Below, one piece after another: positions 1 through 9,767 of a DNA stretch of 64,000 bases. The stretch comes from a virus. The notes under the pieces are model-generated. The model was not told the DNA's origin and did no database searches. It worked only from the letters and a program-made list of their open reading frames with translations. Each line of letters starts with the position of its first letter. The stretch's first letter is position 1. The position numbers and the translations under genes are program-made. The stretch is taken from IMG/VR virus record IMGVR_UViG_3300025133_000027, positions 64,001 to 128,000 of that record. One strand, written 5' to 3'.

Positions 1-39
1 ACAAAAAAATAGAAGAAATGATAGAAGGGAAGGTTAAAA

Positions 40-870
40 GTGCCAGTCAAAGAAAAAATATCGTATTCTGAATTATCTGATTGGAATTTATGTCCATATA
101 AGAGAAAGCTCGTTTACGATGATAAGAATTATTCTGATGGAAGTATTCATACTTACTTTGGAACAGCAGTCCACGAGGCGGCTGAATATCTCGTTAAGGA
201 TAATAGTGTAGATGGTTTCCAAATCTTCTCAGATAAATATGATGAACTCATCGAAGATGTTAAATTCGAGTTCACTGAGAAAGAATATACAAGGTTTAAA
301 TCCTCCACAGTCAAAGAAGTTATAGAAGTTTTTAGAGAATATGGAAGAGCCATTATTCCAGAAATCTTACCAGCAATGACTGCTACATTCGGTGAATATG
401 AAGTGATCGGAACTGAGTATCGGCTATTTGAGGATATCGAAGGGTTTCCTACTAAGTTCAAAGGGCTTGTAGACCTTGTAATTAAGTCCAATGGTCGGTA
501 TTGTGTTCTTGACTGGAAAACATGTGGTTGGGGCTGGGATGCTGAAAAGAAAGCAGACAAGATGACCAATTACCAGATTGTTCTATACAAGAAATATATT
601 GCCCAGAAATTGGGACTTGATTTAAATATGCTTGATACCTATTTTGGTTTACTAAAGAAATCAGGAAAGCCTGGAAAGTATGTTGAAATCTTTAAGTCCA
701 CCTCGGGTAAGAAGAGAACATCAAACGCTACGGAGCTTTTGTCTAATTGTTTGAAAAATATTAACAGTGGTTTTCATGTGAAAAATAGACTTTCGTGTAA
801 TAGGCCGCTATCAAGAAAGATCAAATTTAATATTAGATGCCAGTTCTATAAGACAGATAAATGCAAATAA
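40..870 (+). CDS. PD-(D/E)XK exonuclease, Cas4/RecB-like
   Basis: SYS...CPYK N-terminus, FGTAVH, E...GLVDL...VLDWKT nuclease motifs, YQIVLY, C-terminal Cys cluster (C..C..C). Confidence 0.85.
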   Translation: MPVKEKISYSELSDWNLCPYKRKLVYDDKNYSDGSIHTYFGTAVHEAAEYLVKDNSVDGFQIFSDKYDELIEDVKFEFTEKEYTRFKSSTVKEVIEVFREYGRAIIPEILPAMTATFGEYEVIGTEYRLFEDIEGFPTKFKGLVDLVIKSNGRYCVLDWKTCGWGWDAEKKADKMTNYQIVLYKKYIAQKLGLDLNMLDTYFGLLKKSGKPGKYVEIFKSTSGKKRTSNATELLSNCLKNINSGFHVKNRLSCNRPLSRKIKFNIRCQFYKTDKCK

Positions 871-915
871 ATGCAAAAATATGTTAACAGAACCTAAATA
901 CATGAAGTAGTCTCT

Positions 916-941
916 AGCTCATAACCACGAGGTGAGCTTTG
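916..941 (+). promoter_or_regulatory. Putative hairpin occluding the Shine-Dalgarno (GAGGTG) of the TTG-initiated glycosyltransferase gene
   Basis: agctca-ta-acc (916-926) pairs with ggtgagct (931-938); TTG start follows at 939. Confidence 0.35.
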
Positions 942-2213
942 AGTGAAAAGAAAATAAAGGTTCTGATGATTGCCGACCATCCATATACCCCATCGGGTGT
1001 CGGAACACAGACAAAATATGTAATTGATGCCCTGATAAAATCAGAACGCTTCAGCATAGTGTCTCTTGCAGGTGCGATGAAGCATAAAAGCATGCAACCA
1101 GTTAAAACAGAGGAATATGGGGATGATTTATTAATCATCCCTGTTGAAGGTTATGGAAATCCTGATATCATAAGGACTGTTCTTAGAAAAGAAAGGCCTG
1201 ATATCTTGTGGTTTATGACCGATCCTCGATATTATGAGTGGCTGTGGGCCATGTCCGACGAAATTCGTCCTTTGGTCCCTATGGTCTATTACCATGTCTG
1301 GGATAATTACCCCCTTCCACAGTTCAACAAGCCATATTATGATTCAACTGACTGTATTGCTACCATTTCAAAGGTAACTGATGATGTTGTTAGGCAGGTT
1401 ACTGATGATAGTCATGCTGTTTATATCCCACACGCAGTTAATTCTGAATTTTTTAAACCTATGACAAAAGAACAGAAAGCAGCAGCTAGGAAAGAAAACT
1501 TTAAAACATGGGAAAATGATAAAACTCTCTTCTTTTGGAATAACAGAAATGCCAGAAGGAAGCTAACAGGTACACTTGTTTGGTGGTTTAAGGAATTCTT
1601 AGAAGAAAATGGTAAGGATAGTGCTGTCCTGTTGATGCATACTGACCCAAATGATAGCCACGGTCAGAATATTGAATACATAATGAAGGAAGCAGGGCTT
1701 ACAAATGGCGAAATTCTTATTTCAAAAGATAAAATGCCAGCAGAACAACTAGCCGTGCTATACAATATGGCAGACTATACAATCAACATCTCAGATGCTG
1801 AAGGTTTTGGGTTGGCGACGCTAGAATCTCTTTCTTGTGGAACCCCAATCATCGTCAACAAGACAGGAGGCCTCACCGAGCAAGTAGAAACCCCAGAAGG
1901 GAAGATGACTGGTATCGGGATAGAACCTTGTGCTAAAGCCATTGTAGGCTCTCAGGCTGTCCCTTATATCTATGAGGATAGAATGTCTAAGGAGGACTTC
2001 TTAGCGGCTCTAAAGAAGGCTCACCTAGCTAAGATTGGAGATACTGCTGAGAGGAAAGAGTGGATTAAGACTGGCCTTGAGCACGCTGCCAAAAATTACA
2101 ATTTTGACACATTCAACAAGCAGTGGTTGGAACTAATGCTAGAAGTTCACGAGCGATACGGTTCATGGGAAACAAGAAAAGAATATAAAGCCTGGACTTG
2201 CGAGGAAGTATAA
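939..2213 (+). CDS. Glycosyltransferase, GT-B/GT4 family
   Basis: SGVG N-terminal loop, NRNARRK, SDAEGFGLATLESLSCGTP (E-x7-E). Confidence 0.9.
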   Translation: MSEKKIKVLMIADHPYTPSGVGTQTKYVIDALIKSERFSIVSLAGAMKHKSMQPVKTEEYGDDLLIIPVEGYGNPDIIRTVLRKERPDILWFMTDPRYYEWLWAMSDEIRPLVPMVYYHVWDNYPLPQFNKPYYDSTDCIATISKVTDDVVRQVTDDSHAVYIPHAVNSEFFKPMTKEQKAAARKENFKTWENDKTLFFWNNRNARRKLTGTLVWWFKEFLEENGKDSAVLLMHTDPNDSHGQNIEYIMKEAGLTNGEILISKDKMPAEQLAVLYNMADYTINISDAEGFGLATLESLSCGTPIIVNKTGGLTEQVETPEGKMTGIGIEPCAKAIVGSQAVPYIYEDRMSKEDFLAALKKAHLAKIGDTAERKEWIKTGLEHAAKNYNFDTFNKQWLELMLEVHERYGSWETRKEYKAWTCEEV

Positions 2214-2758
2214 TGAAGATAGTTATGACAAATGCGGAATACCGCAAGCAAATAATGGCAGAGAGGAAAACCTCCCTTGAAAATTCCTGGGTTCTCTTCC
2301 GAAGTGGTCAAAGAATGACATGGGGACCGTCTATTATTGAAAAATATTTAGATGGAACCCCTGTTTATACATGGGTGCCTGAGAGAATTAGCTGGAGAGA
2401 AAGAATATTGGGGCTTTATACTTCTTTGAAGTCATATCTAGTCGCATTCTTTACCCTTACCACTAAAGAAAAATATGTAAGACCTGCTGGTCAGGTGAAG
2501 TTTATCGATAAGGTTTGGAATCCAAAACATTCAGGTGGGATTGACATCGAATATCACTTTAGGGACTATTTTGACACTAAAAGTTTTAAGAGGCAGTTGG
2601 ATCATTTAAACGATCCAAAGGACTATCCAAAGGCAGGACCACACCGTGTTGGTTATATTCACGGAGTTGACGACTCTTCTTATAGAAAAGTTTATGGAAA
2701 AGCTGGAATCAATCCATTCGCACCAAAAAACTCGCCTGTTACGGCAAAGGAACAATAA
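2213..2758 (+). CDS. Hypothetical protein
   Basis: ORF filling the gap between two GT genes, with TAATG overlaps at both ends (start 2213 preferred over 2198). Confidence 0.7.
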   Translation: MKIVMTNAEYRKQIMAERKTSLENSWVLFRSGQRMTWGPSIIEKYLDGTPVYTWVPERISWRERILGLYTSLKSYLVAFFTLTTKEKYVRPAGQVKFIDKVWNPKHSGGIDIEYHFRDYFDTKSFKRQLDHLNDPKDYPKAGPHRVGYIHGVDDSSYRKVYGKAGINPFAPKNSPVTAKEQ

Positions 2759-4008
2759 TGAAAAAGATACTATTAGTAGGACCGATTCTTACACAAACAG
2801 GTTATGGAGAGCACGCTAGAATGATGGCAAGAGCTCTATTGTCAAGACCAGACCTTGTTGACCTGTATATACATCCGATTAATTGGGGGCAATCATCTTG
2901 GTTGTGGGAAGACGACAACGAAAGAAGGTTGATTGATCAATTGATCAACAAGACCGCTTTTGCAAGACAGCAACGAACACAGTTTGATATCTGCCTAATG
3001 GTTACTATTCCAAACGAATGGGAGCAATATCGAGCAGCTCCTATCAATATTGGTGTCTGTGCGGGCATTGAAACAGACAGGGTAAGTCCTGAGTGGATTA
3101 TCGCAGCCAATAAATTTGCAGATTCAATAATTGTCCCATCAGAGTTCGCAAAGAACATCTTTGAAGGAACAATCTATAACAATAACGGGCAGAACCTACA
3201 GCTCCAAAAGAAGATTGATGTTGTACACTATCCAACAAAGAAGTTTGCAGCGATGCCAGAACTCGACTTGGGTTTAAAGAATGATTTCAACTTCTTGGTG
3301 GTCGCACAATGGGGACCTCGCAAGAATATGGAAGGAACACTCGCTGCATTCTATGAAGAGTTCAAGAATGATGAAGTTGGTTTGGTGCTGAAAACAAGCA
3401 AGGCTAAAAACTCATTGATGGATAAAGAAGTAGTTATGAGAGCTTTGAATAGTGTCAAGGGAGCATTCCCGGATGCCAAGTGTTCTGTGAACCTACTACA
3501 CGGATATTTAACAGACCAAGAAGTAAACAGTCTTTACACTCATTCGAAGATTAAAGCCATTGTAAACCTTGGGCACGGTGAAGGGTTTGGTTTACCACTG
3601 TTTGAGGCAGCATATTCAGGTCTTCCAATCATCACACACGATTTTGGTGGCCAGAAGGACTTCCTATATGCTCCAAACAAAGCTGGCAAGACTAAACCAA
3701 TGTTTCAGAAGGTTTCATACGACGTAGGGCCTATTGCCAAGGATGTTGTTTGGGACGGTGTTCTCGTTGAAGGTTCGAACTGGGCTTATGTTAACAAGCT
3801 TGACGCCAAGAACAAAATGAGAGATACTTATGAAAACTATCACCTCGCTAAGTCAAAGTCAGGAAAGTTAAAGACCTGGGTTCTTGAGAACTTTAAGAGC
3901 GAAACTCTTAGTGAACAGGTTATAGGACTTGTTTGTGGTGAAGCTTCAATAAATGAACTATCTGATGAGGACTGGCTTGAATCTCTTGGAATTGAGGTGC
4001 ATGATTAA
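2758..4008 (+). CDS. Glycosyltransferase, GT-B/GT4 family
   Basis: TGYGEHAR, IIVPSEF, GPRKN, GEGFGLPLFEAAYSGLP. Confidence 0.9.
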   Translation: MKKILLVGPILTQTGYGEHARMMARALLSRPDLVDLYIHPINWGQSSWLWEDDNERRLIDQLINKTAFARQQRTQFDICLMVTIPNEWEQYRAAPINIGVCAGIETDRVSPEWIIAANKFADSIIVPSEFAKNIFEGTIYNNNGQNLQLQKKIDVVHYPTKKFAAMPELDLGLKNDFNFLVVAQWGPRKNMEGTLAAFYEEFKNDEVGLVLKTSKAKNSLMDKEVVMRALNSVKGAFPDAKCSVNLLHGYLTDQEVNSLYTHSKIKAIVNLGHGEGFGLPLFEAAYSGLPIITHDFGGQKDFLYAPNKAGKTKPMFQKVSYDVGPIAKDVVWDGVLVEGSNWAYVNKLDAKNKMRDTYENYHLAKSKSGKLKTWVLENFKSETLSEQVIGLVCGEASINELSDEDWLESLGIEVHD

Positions 4009-4844
4009 TGAAAGTAGCATTTGTAGCCGATTTTTTTGCTAATGAGATTTGTGGAGGTGGAGAATTAAACAATGAAGAATTGATTCAGATGATTAGAGCG
4101 AGTGGGCACCATGTAAGCAAAATTAAAGCAAAAGATTTTGGGATCAAGCATTTTACTCATGATAAATACATAATCTCCAATTACGTTAGTCTATCAAGTG
4201 GTGCAAAAGAAATCCTCCAAGAGAAAGGAAGATATTCAATTCTTGAGCACGATCATCAGTATTTATCGAGCAGAAATCCTGCTGGTTATGAGAATTTCAT
4301 AGCAACATTTGATGATATTATAAATCTTAATTTTTATGAAAAAGCAACTAAAGTTTATTGTCAGAGCCAGTACCATGTAGATATCGTTAAAAGAAATCTT
4401 AATATAGATAATATCGTAAATCTTGGTGGGAATCTATGGAGCCTTGAAACTCTCGATTTCATCGAGAAACTTTCTTTGGAGAAGAAGAGTGATAAAACCG
4501 CCATTTTAAACTCAGTGATTCCAAATAAAAACACATCAACTTGCATTTCCTTTTGTATCCGTGCAAAAAAAGACTATGAACTCATTTCTTCTTCTGACAA
4601 CAGAGAGTTTCTAAGACAAATGAGCCTGTGTAAAGAGTTGGTTTTTTTGCCAAAATCACCCGAAACATTATCAAGGCTTGTTGTTGAAGCAAGGATGCTA
4701 GGACTTACTGTTATAACTAATAAATTAGTTGGCGCAGCAAAAGAAGAGTTTTTTAAAATGAAAGGAAGAGAATTAATTCAATTTTTTAGAGATAAAAGAG
4801 GCGAGATCTTATCGGAAATTTTAAACTTTATTGAGGAAGAATGA
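4008..4844 (+). CDS. Glycosyltransferase, GT-B fold
   Basis: GGGELN N-terminal loop; FLPKSPETLSRLVVEARMLG (E-x7-E). Confidence 0.75.
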   Translation: MKVAFVADFFANEICGGGELNNEELIQMIRASGHHVSKIKAKDFGIKHFTHDKYIISNYVSLSSGAKEILQEKGRYSILEHDHQYLSSRNPAGYENFIATFDDIINLNFYEKATKVYCQSQYHVDIVKRNLNIDNIVNLGGNLWSLETLDFIEKLSLEKKSDKTAILNSVIPNKNTSTCISFCIRAKKDYELISSSDNREFLRQMSLCKELVFLPKSPETLSRLVVEARMLGLTVITNKLVGAAKEEFFKMKGRELIQFFRDKRGEILSEILNFIEEE

Positions 4845-5761
4845 AGATTGCTTTTATAGGAAATTTCACTCAAATATATCATGAAGAAGGAAAGGCTCGT
4901 TCTCTTGCTAGGCTTGGGCATGATGTGTATCGATTTGCGGAAAATACTTTTAATAATGAAGATGTAGAAGAAATTATTAGTCTTAATGTTGATCTATTGA
5001 TATATGCAAAATTAAATATATCAATAGATAAAAAAGATTTTCTTCAAAAAATGGGGCAGCACGGAATAAAACGAGTGTGTTGGCATCCCGACTTGATGTT
5101 CAATACTGAAAAAGAGAGATGGTTAGTTTCGAATCCTACATATACTTTATCTGATTATATATTTACATCTGATGGTGGGCACCAAAAAGACTTTAAGAAG
5201 CTTGGCCTGAATCACTACTGTATACGGCAAGCTATCTACGACAAGTGTTGTTATAGGTCAGAAAAGGAACTTATGTCTTTTAAAGACGTAGAAATTATTT
5301 TTGTTGGTGGGAGCAGTCACGTTTTGCATTCTCATCGCAAAGAGTTTCTTACGATACTATCAGATAAATTTGGAAATAAATTTCGTCATGTCGGGACTTT
5401 TGACGAAGAATGGCGGAATGATGCTTTGAATGATTTATTTAATAGCGTTAGTATCGTTATTGGAGATAGTGTATACTCTCCTTACTACTGGTCGAATAGG
5501 CTATATGAGACAATTGGGCGAGGAGCTTTTATTATTCATAATAAGATTGAAGGTATCGAAGATGAATACGCAAAAGGATTACATTTTGATACCTACGAGA
5601 ATGGAAACTATGATGACTTAATCTCTAAAATAGAGCTTCACTTACAAGACACAGAGGAACTCAAGAAACAAGGAGTTGCTGGTATGGAATATACACGTAG
5701 AAACCACACATTAATGAACAGAGCACAACAAGTTATTTCTATCATCGAGAGGAGAAAATAA
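4841..5761 (+). CDS. Glycosyltransferase, CgeB/Glyco_trans_1_2-like
   Basis: IIFVG...R, WSNRLYETIGRG, C-terminal NHTLMNRAQQV. Confidence 0.8.
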   Translation: MKIAFIGNFTQIYHEEGKARSLARLGHDVYRFAENTFNNEDVEEIISLNVDLLIYAKLNISIDKKDFLQKMGQHGIKRVCWHPDLMFNTEKERWLVSNPTYTLSDYIFTSDGGHQKDFKKLGLNHYCIRQAIYDKCCYRSEKELMSFKDVEIIFVGGSSHVLHSHRKEFLTILSDKFGNKFRHVGTFDEEWRNDALNDLFNSVSIVIGDSVYSPYYWSNRLYETIGRGAFIIHNKIEGIEDEYAKGLHFDTYENGNYDDLISKIELHLQDTEELKKQGVAGMEYTRRNHTLMNRAQQVISIIERRK

Positions 5762-6405
5762 TGGGAGCAGCCAACAATAATAATCGAGCAGAGTTAGAGG
5801 CTTACGAACAAATTGTTAAAAACTTAAATCTCAAACCAAAGACTTTGTTTGAGATTGGTTCTAAGGACGGAGCCGATGCTAAACGACTTGCAACTTTCTT
5901 TGAAATTAATCCTATTAATGTTTACATAATCGAGGCTCACCCTTTCTTTTTTCAGAATATTAAATATTCTTATCCTGAATATAATTGTTTCCATTTGGCA
6001 GCTTCGGACAAAAATGAAGAACTAATCTTCAACGCAGCTCTTAATTACGACGATGGAAGGTCCTCGATTCTTGAGCGAGATATTTACGATTCTAATTCTT
6101 TTAGTAAGGTAAGTGTTTCAGGAGTCCGTTTGGATTCTTTTTTGGATGTTAATAATATTGAAGAAGTAGATTTGTTAAAAATTGATGTTGAAGGAGCCGG
6201 TATGCAAGTGTTAGCTGGTTTTGGAGATGCTTTAACCAAGGTTAAGACACTGCAAATAGAAGCAGAATATAAGAATATTTGGAAGGACTCATCTACTTGG
6301 AACGAGATACGTGATTTCTTATTGAAAGACTTTAATCTTTATTGGAAGAAAGATATTTCTGGTATTCAAATAGATTCTATCTGGGTTAATAAGAGGATCG
6401 TATGA
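5761..6405 (+). CDS. FkbM-family SAM-dependent methyltransferase
   Basis: FEIGSKDG, IEAHP, RLDSF, VDLLKIDVEGA. Confidence 0.9.
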   Translation: MGAANNNNRAELEAYEQIVKNLNLKPKTLFEIGSKDGADAKRLATFFEINPINVYIIEAHPFFFQNIKYSYPEYNCFHLAASDKNEELIFNAALNYDDGRSSILERDIYDSNSFSKVSVSGVRLDSFLDVNNIEEVDLLKIDVEGAGMQVLAGFGDALTKVKTLQIEAEYKNIWKDSSTWNEIRDFLLKDFNLYWKKDISGIQIDSIWVNKRIV

Positions 6406-7427
6406 GAGTAGGAACTATAACATATGCAACGAATACTGGACTTGGTATCTTAGCGAAAGAGTTTTATGATAACAAAATCATTAATGAGGTTTTGATAAAA
6501 ACTCATAGCAGACTTAAGACAAATTATTTTTGGTATCCAAATTCCCCGTCGCTTCCTCCTTCTGAGGATATGATACTTCAAAATTTCCCTTCTAAACATG
6601 ACAATGAGGCTATTGATAATTTCCTAACGAGAATAGATATCCTACTTTTGTTCGAAATCGAATGGTCAAAAGGACTGATTGAGGCAGCAAATCGGGCCGG
6701 GGTCAAAACTGTTTTGATGCCAATGTATGAATGCACTCCCTACCCGTTGAAAGCAGACTGTTACCTAACGGTTTCCGATCTAGACGATATTTATTACAAA
6801 AAGATGTATCCTAGAGGGAACGTTAGAAGGATTAACGTCCCTTCAAACTCAAGAGTAACCTGGAAAGAACGCAAAACAGCCAGGGTATTTATCCACAATG
6901 CAGGTAATACATCTATAAAAGATAGGAACGGCACATCTGCGCTTATTAAAGCAATTCAATATGTCAAAACCAAGAATATAGAGCTTAGGATTCGGACGCA
7001 AGAGGATATATATAAAATCCCAAAGGATTCAAGGGTTAAATTAGAATATAAAGATAAAAAGTTTAGCTCGCTCTGGGAGGACGGTGATGTTTTCCTTTTC
7101 CCAGAAAGTTGGAACGGACTTTCTCTTCCTCTTCAAGAGGCTCACGCATCTGGGCTGCTTGTTATGGCTGGGAATAGGTTCCCTGTGAATAGATGGCTTC
7201 CTCGTGAACCTCTAATACCAGTTTCGGATTATAAAAAGTATAAAGTGTATCCGAGGGTAGAATTATTTGCGGCATGCTATGAACCGAAAGAAATTGCAAA
7301 AAAGATTGATGAGTTCGCTAATACGGATATTACAAGGTTCTCGGAAGCTGGTAAGATATGGGCCGAGAAAAATTCTTGGGAAGTCCTAAAACCCCAGTAT
7401 GAAAAGATTTTTACAGAATTATTATAG
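6402..7427 (+). CDS. Glycosyltransferase, GT-B/GT4-like
   Basis: TGLG N-terminus; DVFLFPESWNGLSLPLQEAHASGL; C-terminal NSW. Confidence 0.8.
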   Translation: MRVGTITYATNTGLGILAKEFYDNKIINEVLIKTHSRLKTNYFWYPNSPSLPPSEDMILQNFPSKHDNEAIDNFLTRIDILLLFEIEWSKGLIEAANRAGVKTVLMPMYECTPYPLKADCYLTVSDLDDIYYKKMYPRGNVRRINVPSNSRVTWKERKTARVFIHNAGNTSIKDRNGTSALIKAIQYVKTKNIELRIRTQEDIYKIPKDSRVKLEYKDKKFSSLWEDGDVFLFPESWNGLSLPLQEAHASGLLVMAGNRFPVNRWLPREPLIPVSDYKKYKVYPRVELFAACYEPKEIAKKIDEFANTDITRFSEAGKIWAEKNSWEVLKPQYEKIFTELL

Positions 7428-7438
7428 AAGGAGAATAA

Positions 7439-8392
7439 ATGAGAATAATTAGAGAGTCAAAAGTTTGTGTAATTGGTGGCGCTGGTTTTTTAGGCTCGCA
7501 CTTAGTAAACCACTTGGTTAACGATAGGAATTGTGAGGTTTTAGTTCTTGATAACCTGATAACAGGCCTTAAAAGCTATATTAATGATAAGGCAAAGTTT
7601 GTTTGGTTTGATATTCGAGATGAGCAAAGTGAATTAGCGAATATTTTAAAAAAACATAATATAGAATATGTTTTTAACTACGCCGCAGAACCATACATTC
7701 CAGAATGTTTTGAGAGGCCAATGCATTTTTTTGATATTAATGCAACATCTGTACTGCGAGTATTAAATGCTTGCCAACTTGCTGAAGTAAAGGGACTATT
7801 ACAAGTTTCTTCGGCAGAGATATACGGGGACATGAAGGGAAAAATTACAGAAGAAGATCCAGTTGTGCCTCATTCGACATACGGCGTGTCAAAAGCTGCC
7901 GCTGATGGATTAGTTCAGGTTCGTTGGAAAGAGGCAGGAGTCCCTGCTATTGCTATGAGGCAGTTCAATTGTGTTGGCGAGCGTGAGACTCACGAATATG
8001 TAATTCCAGAGATTATTAATCAACTAGATAAAACCAATAAAATTAAGTTAGGAAATAATTCCTTTAGAGATTTCCAATATGCAGGGGATGCTGTTGCGAT
8101 GGCGGTTCTCCTACTTGAAAAAGGCGAATTTGGTGAGGTCTATAACATGGGAAGTGAAGGTGGAATCCAAATTTATGATCTTGCAAGATTAATTGGAAGT
8201 TTGATGGGGCACGAGACAGTTGACATCATCGTGGACAAGAAACGAGTTCGTCCTTGGGAAATTTGGCATTTACAGTCAGATAATACTAAATTATATTCTG
8301 TAATTGGTAAGAGAGAACCTACCTCTCTAGAAGAATCTCTACGAAAAACTATTAAGTATTATTATGAGAATAACAAGAAGTGGGACTGGTAA
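7439..8392 (+). CDS. NAD-dependent NDP-sugar epimerase/4,6-dehydratase (extended SDR)
   Basis: GGAGFLG Rossmann motif, SSAEIYG, YGVSK (YxxxK), RDF, RPWE. Confidence 0.9.
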   Translation: MRIIRESKVCVIGGAGFLGSHLVNHLVNDRNCEVLVLDNLITGLKSYINDKAKFVWFDIRDEQSELANILKKHNIEYVFNYAAEPYIPECFERPMHFFDINATSVLRVLNACQLAEVKGLLQVSSAEIYGDMKGKITEEDPVVPHSTYGVSKAAADGLVQVRWKEAGVPAIAMRQFNCVGERETHEYVIPEIINQLDKTNKIKLGNNSFRDFQYAGDAVAMAVLLLEKGEFGEVYNMGSEGGIQIYDLARLIGSLMGHETVDIIVDKKRVRPWEIWHLQSDNTKLYSVIGKREPTSLEESLRKTIKYYYENNKKWDW

Positions 8393-9369
8393 TGTTTCCA
8401 TACCAGATATTAGAAAGAAAATTTTCAGAGTATATCGGAGTTTCTGACTCTGTTGCAGTGAGTACCGGCACGGCTGCCCTACATGTAGCACTAGAGGCGC
8501 TTGAGTTACCGAAAGACTCCGAGGTCTTAGTTCCAGAGTACACGATGATAGCAACAGCGTGGGCTGTCACCTATGCAGGACTTAAACCTGTATTCGTTGA
8601 TTGTGATGATGACTTGCTTATAGATATTTCTAAGATTGAAGCCTTGATAACAGAAAAGACTAAAGTGCTTATGCTTACTCATATATATGGAAGGGTCGTT
8701 GATATGGATGCTATTATGGAGATAGCAAGAAAATATAAACTAAGAGTAATTGAAGATGCTGCGGAAGCCCATGGGTGTGAATGGAGAGGGCGAAAAGTCG
8801 GGTCATATGATATTGGATGTTTCAGTTTTTATCGAAACAAGATAGTCTGTGGAGAAGAGGGGGGGATTGTAACTTCGGATGATAAAAATTTTATATCAAT
8901 AGTAAATGATATGAAGAGTATGTCTTTCGGTAGTGAGCATAATTATCACCATAAAAGAATAGGTTTTAATTATCGAATGACAGACAGTCAGGCCAATCTG
9001 ATTATTAAATCACTTAAAAACGTTGAGAAAAACATAAGCCTGAGAAGGAAAAAACAAGAACTTTATGACAACTTGATTGATAATACATATCATATGGGAA
9101 CAAGAGATGTTCCATGGGTTTATGATATTTGTGTTCCGAAAAACAAGAAGAATTTATTAGTTAAAAGACTTCAGGAGGCTGGTATTGCAGCAAGGCATGG
9201 ATTCAAACCTGTTTCAAGTTCCGCACCGTTTTATAAAAATGGATTGCCAAACTCACTTAAATATTCTGAGAATATATTGTATCTTCCTCTCGGGGAAAAT
9301 GAGACAGAGGAGAGAATAGCTAAGATTGCTGAAGTAGTAAATACCTGGCTAGAGGTGATGAATGTATAA
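8392..9369 (+). CDS. DegT/DnrJ/EryC1/StrS sugar aminotransferase (perosamine synthase-like)
   Basis: SxGTAALH, IEDAAEAHG, FSFYRNK with PLP lysine, EGG, GFNYRM; start 8392 by TAATG overlap. Confidence 0.92.
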   Translation: MFPYQILERKFSEYIGVSDSVAVSTGTAALHVALEALELPKDSEVLVPEYTMIATAWAVTYAGLKPVFVDCDDDLLIDISKIEALITEKTKVLMLTHIYGRVVDMDAIMEIARKYKLRVIEDAAEAHGCEWRGRKVGSYDIGCFSFYRNKIVCGEEGGIVTSDDKNFISIVNDMKSMSFGSEHNYHHKRIGFNYRMTDSQANLIIKSLKNVEKNISLRRKKQELYDNLIDNTYHMGTRDVPWVYDICVPKNKKNLLVKRLQEAGIAARHGFKPVSSSAPFYKNGLPNSLKYSENILYLPLGENETEERIAKIAEVVNTWLEVMNV

Positions 9370-9751
9370 ATTAATTAAATCAACAGAGTTAGAAACTTAT
9401 AAAAATTCAATTTATTATAAAACATTGAAAACTTACCTTACCAATCAAAAACTTTTGAGTCATAATATAATACATACTAGTAAGCCAACTACTATGATTT
9501 TTTATGGAAATAAAAATAAAGACGTAAAGTCAATACCTGTAAAGGTAACTGGTGAGTCAAGGATGAAAGATCTCCCACGAGATAAATTTTTCATTGTGAA
9601 TATACTCGATAGTGAGAGAAAAAGAATGCGGTTGATGATTCTTAATAGAATAGCTAACAAAGAAAGTGAATTCTCTGATGAAGAAATGCATAAGATATCT
9701 GAAAACTTGATTTACAGATATGTAGAAGTTAAAGAATTTATAGAAGAATAA
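9362..9751 (+). CDS. Hypothetical protein
   Basis: 129-aa ORF with GAGG RBS, overlapping the upstream stop. Confidence 0.65.
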   Translation: MYKLIKSTELETYKNSIYYKTLKTYLTNQKLLSHNIIHTSKPTTMIFYGNKNKDVKSIPVKVTGESRMKDLPRDKFFIVNILDSERKRMRLMILNRIANKESEFSDEEMHKISENLIYRYVEVKEFIEE

Positions 9752-9767
9752 ACAATAAGGACAAAAA

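Noticed and set aside
8859-8865. G7 tract in the aminotransferase as a phase-variation switch
   Set aside because: Short, and encodes the conserved EGG motif; no evidence of length variation from one sequence.
939-9369. Glycan block as a captured bacterial O-antigen locus or host contamination
   Set aside because: No flippase, polymerase or initiating phosphotransferase; the genes are stop-start coupled and co-oriented with flanking phage genes.
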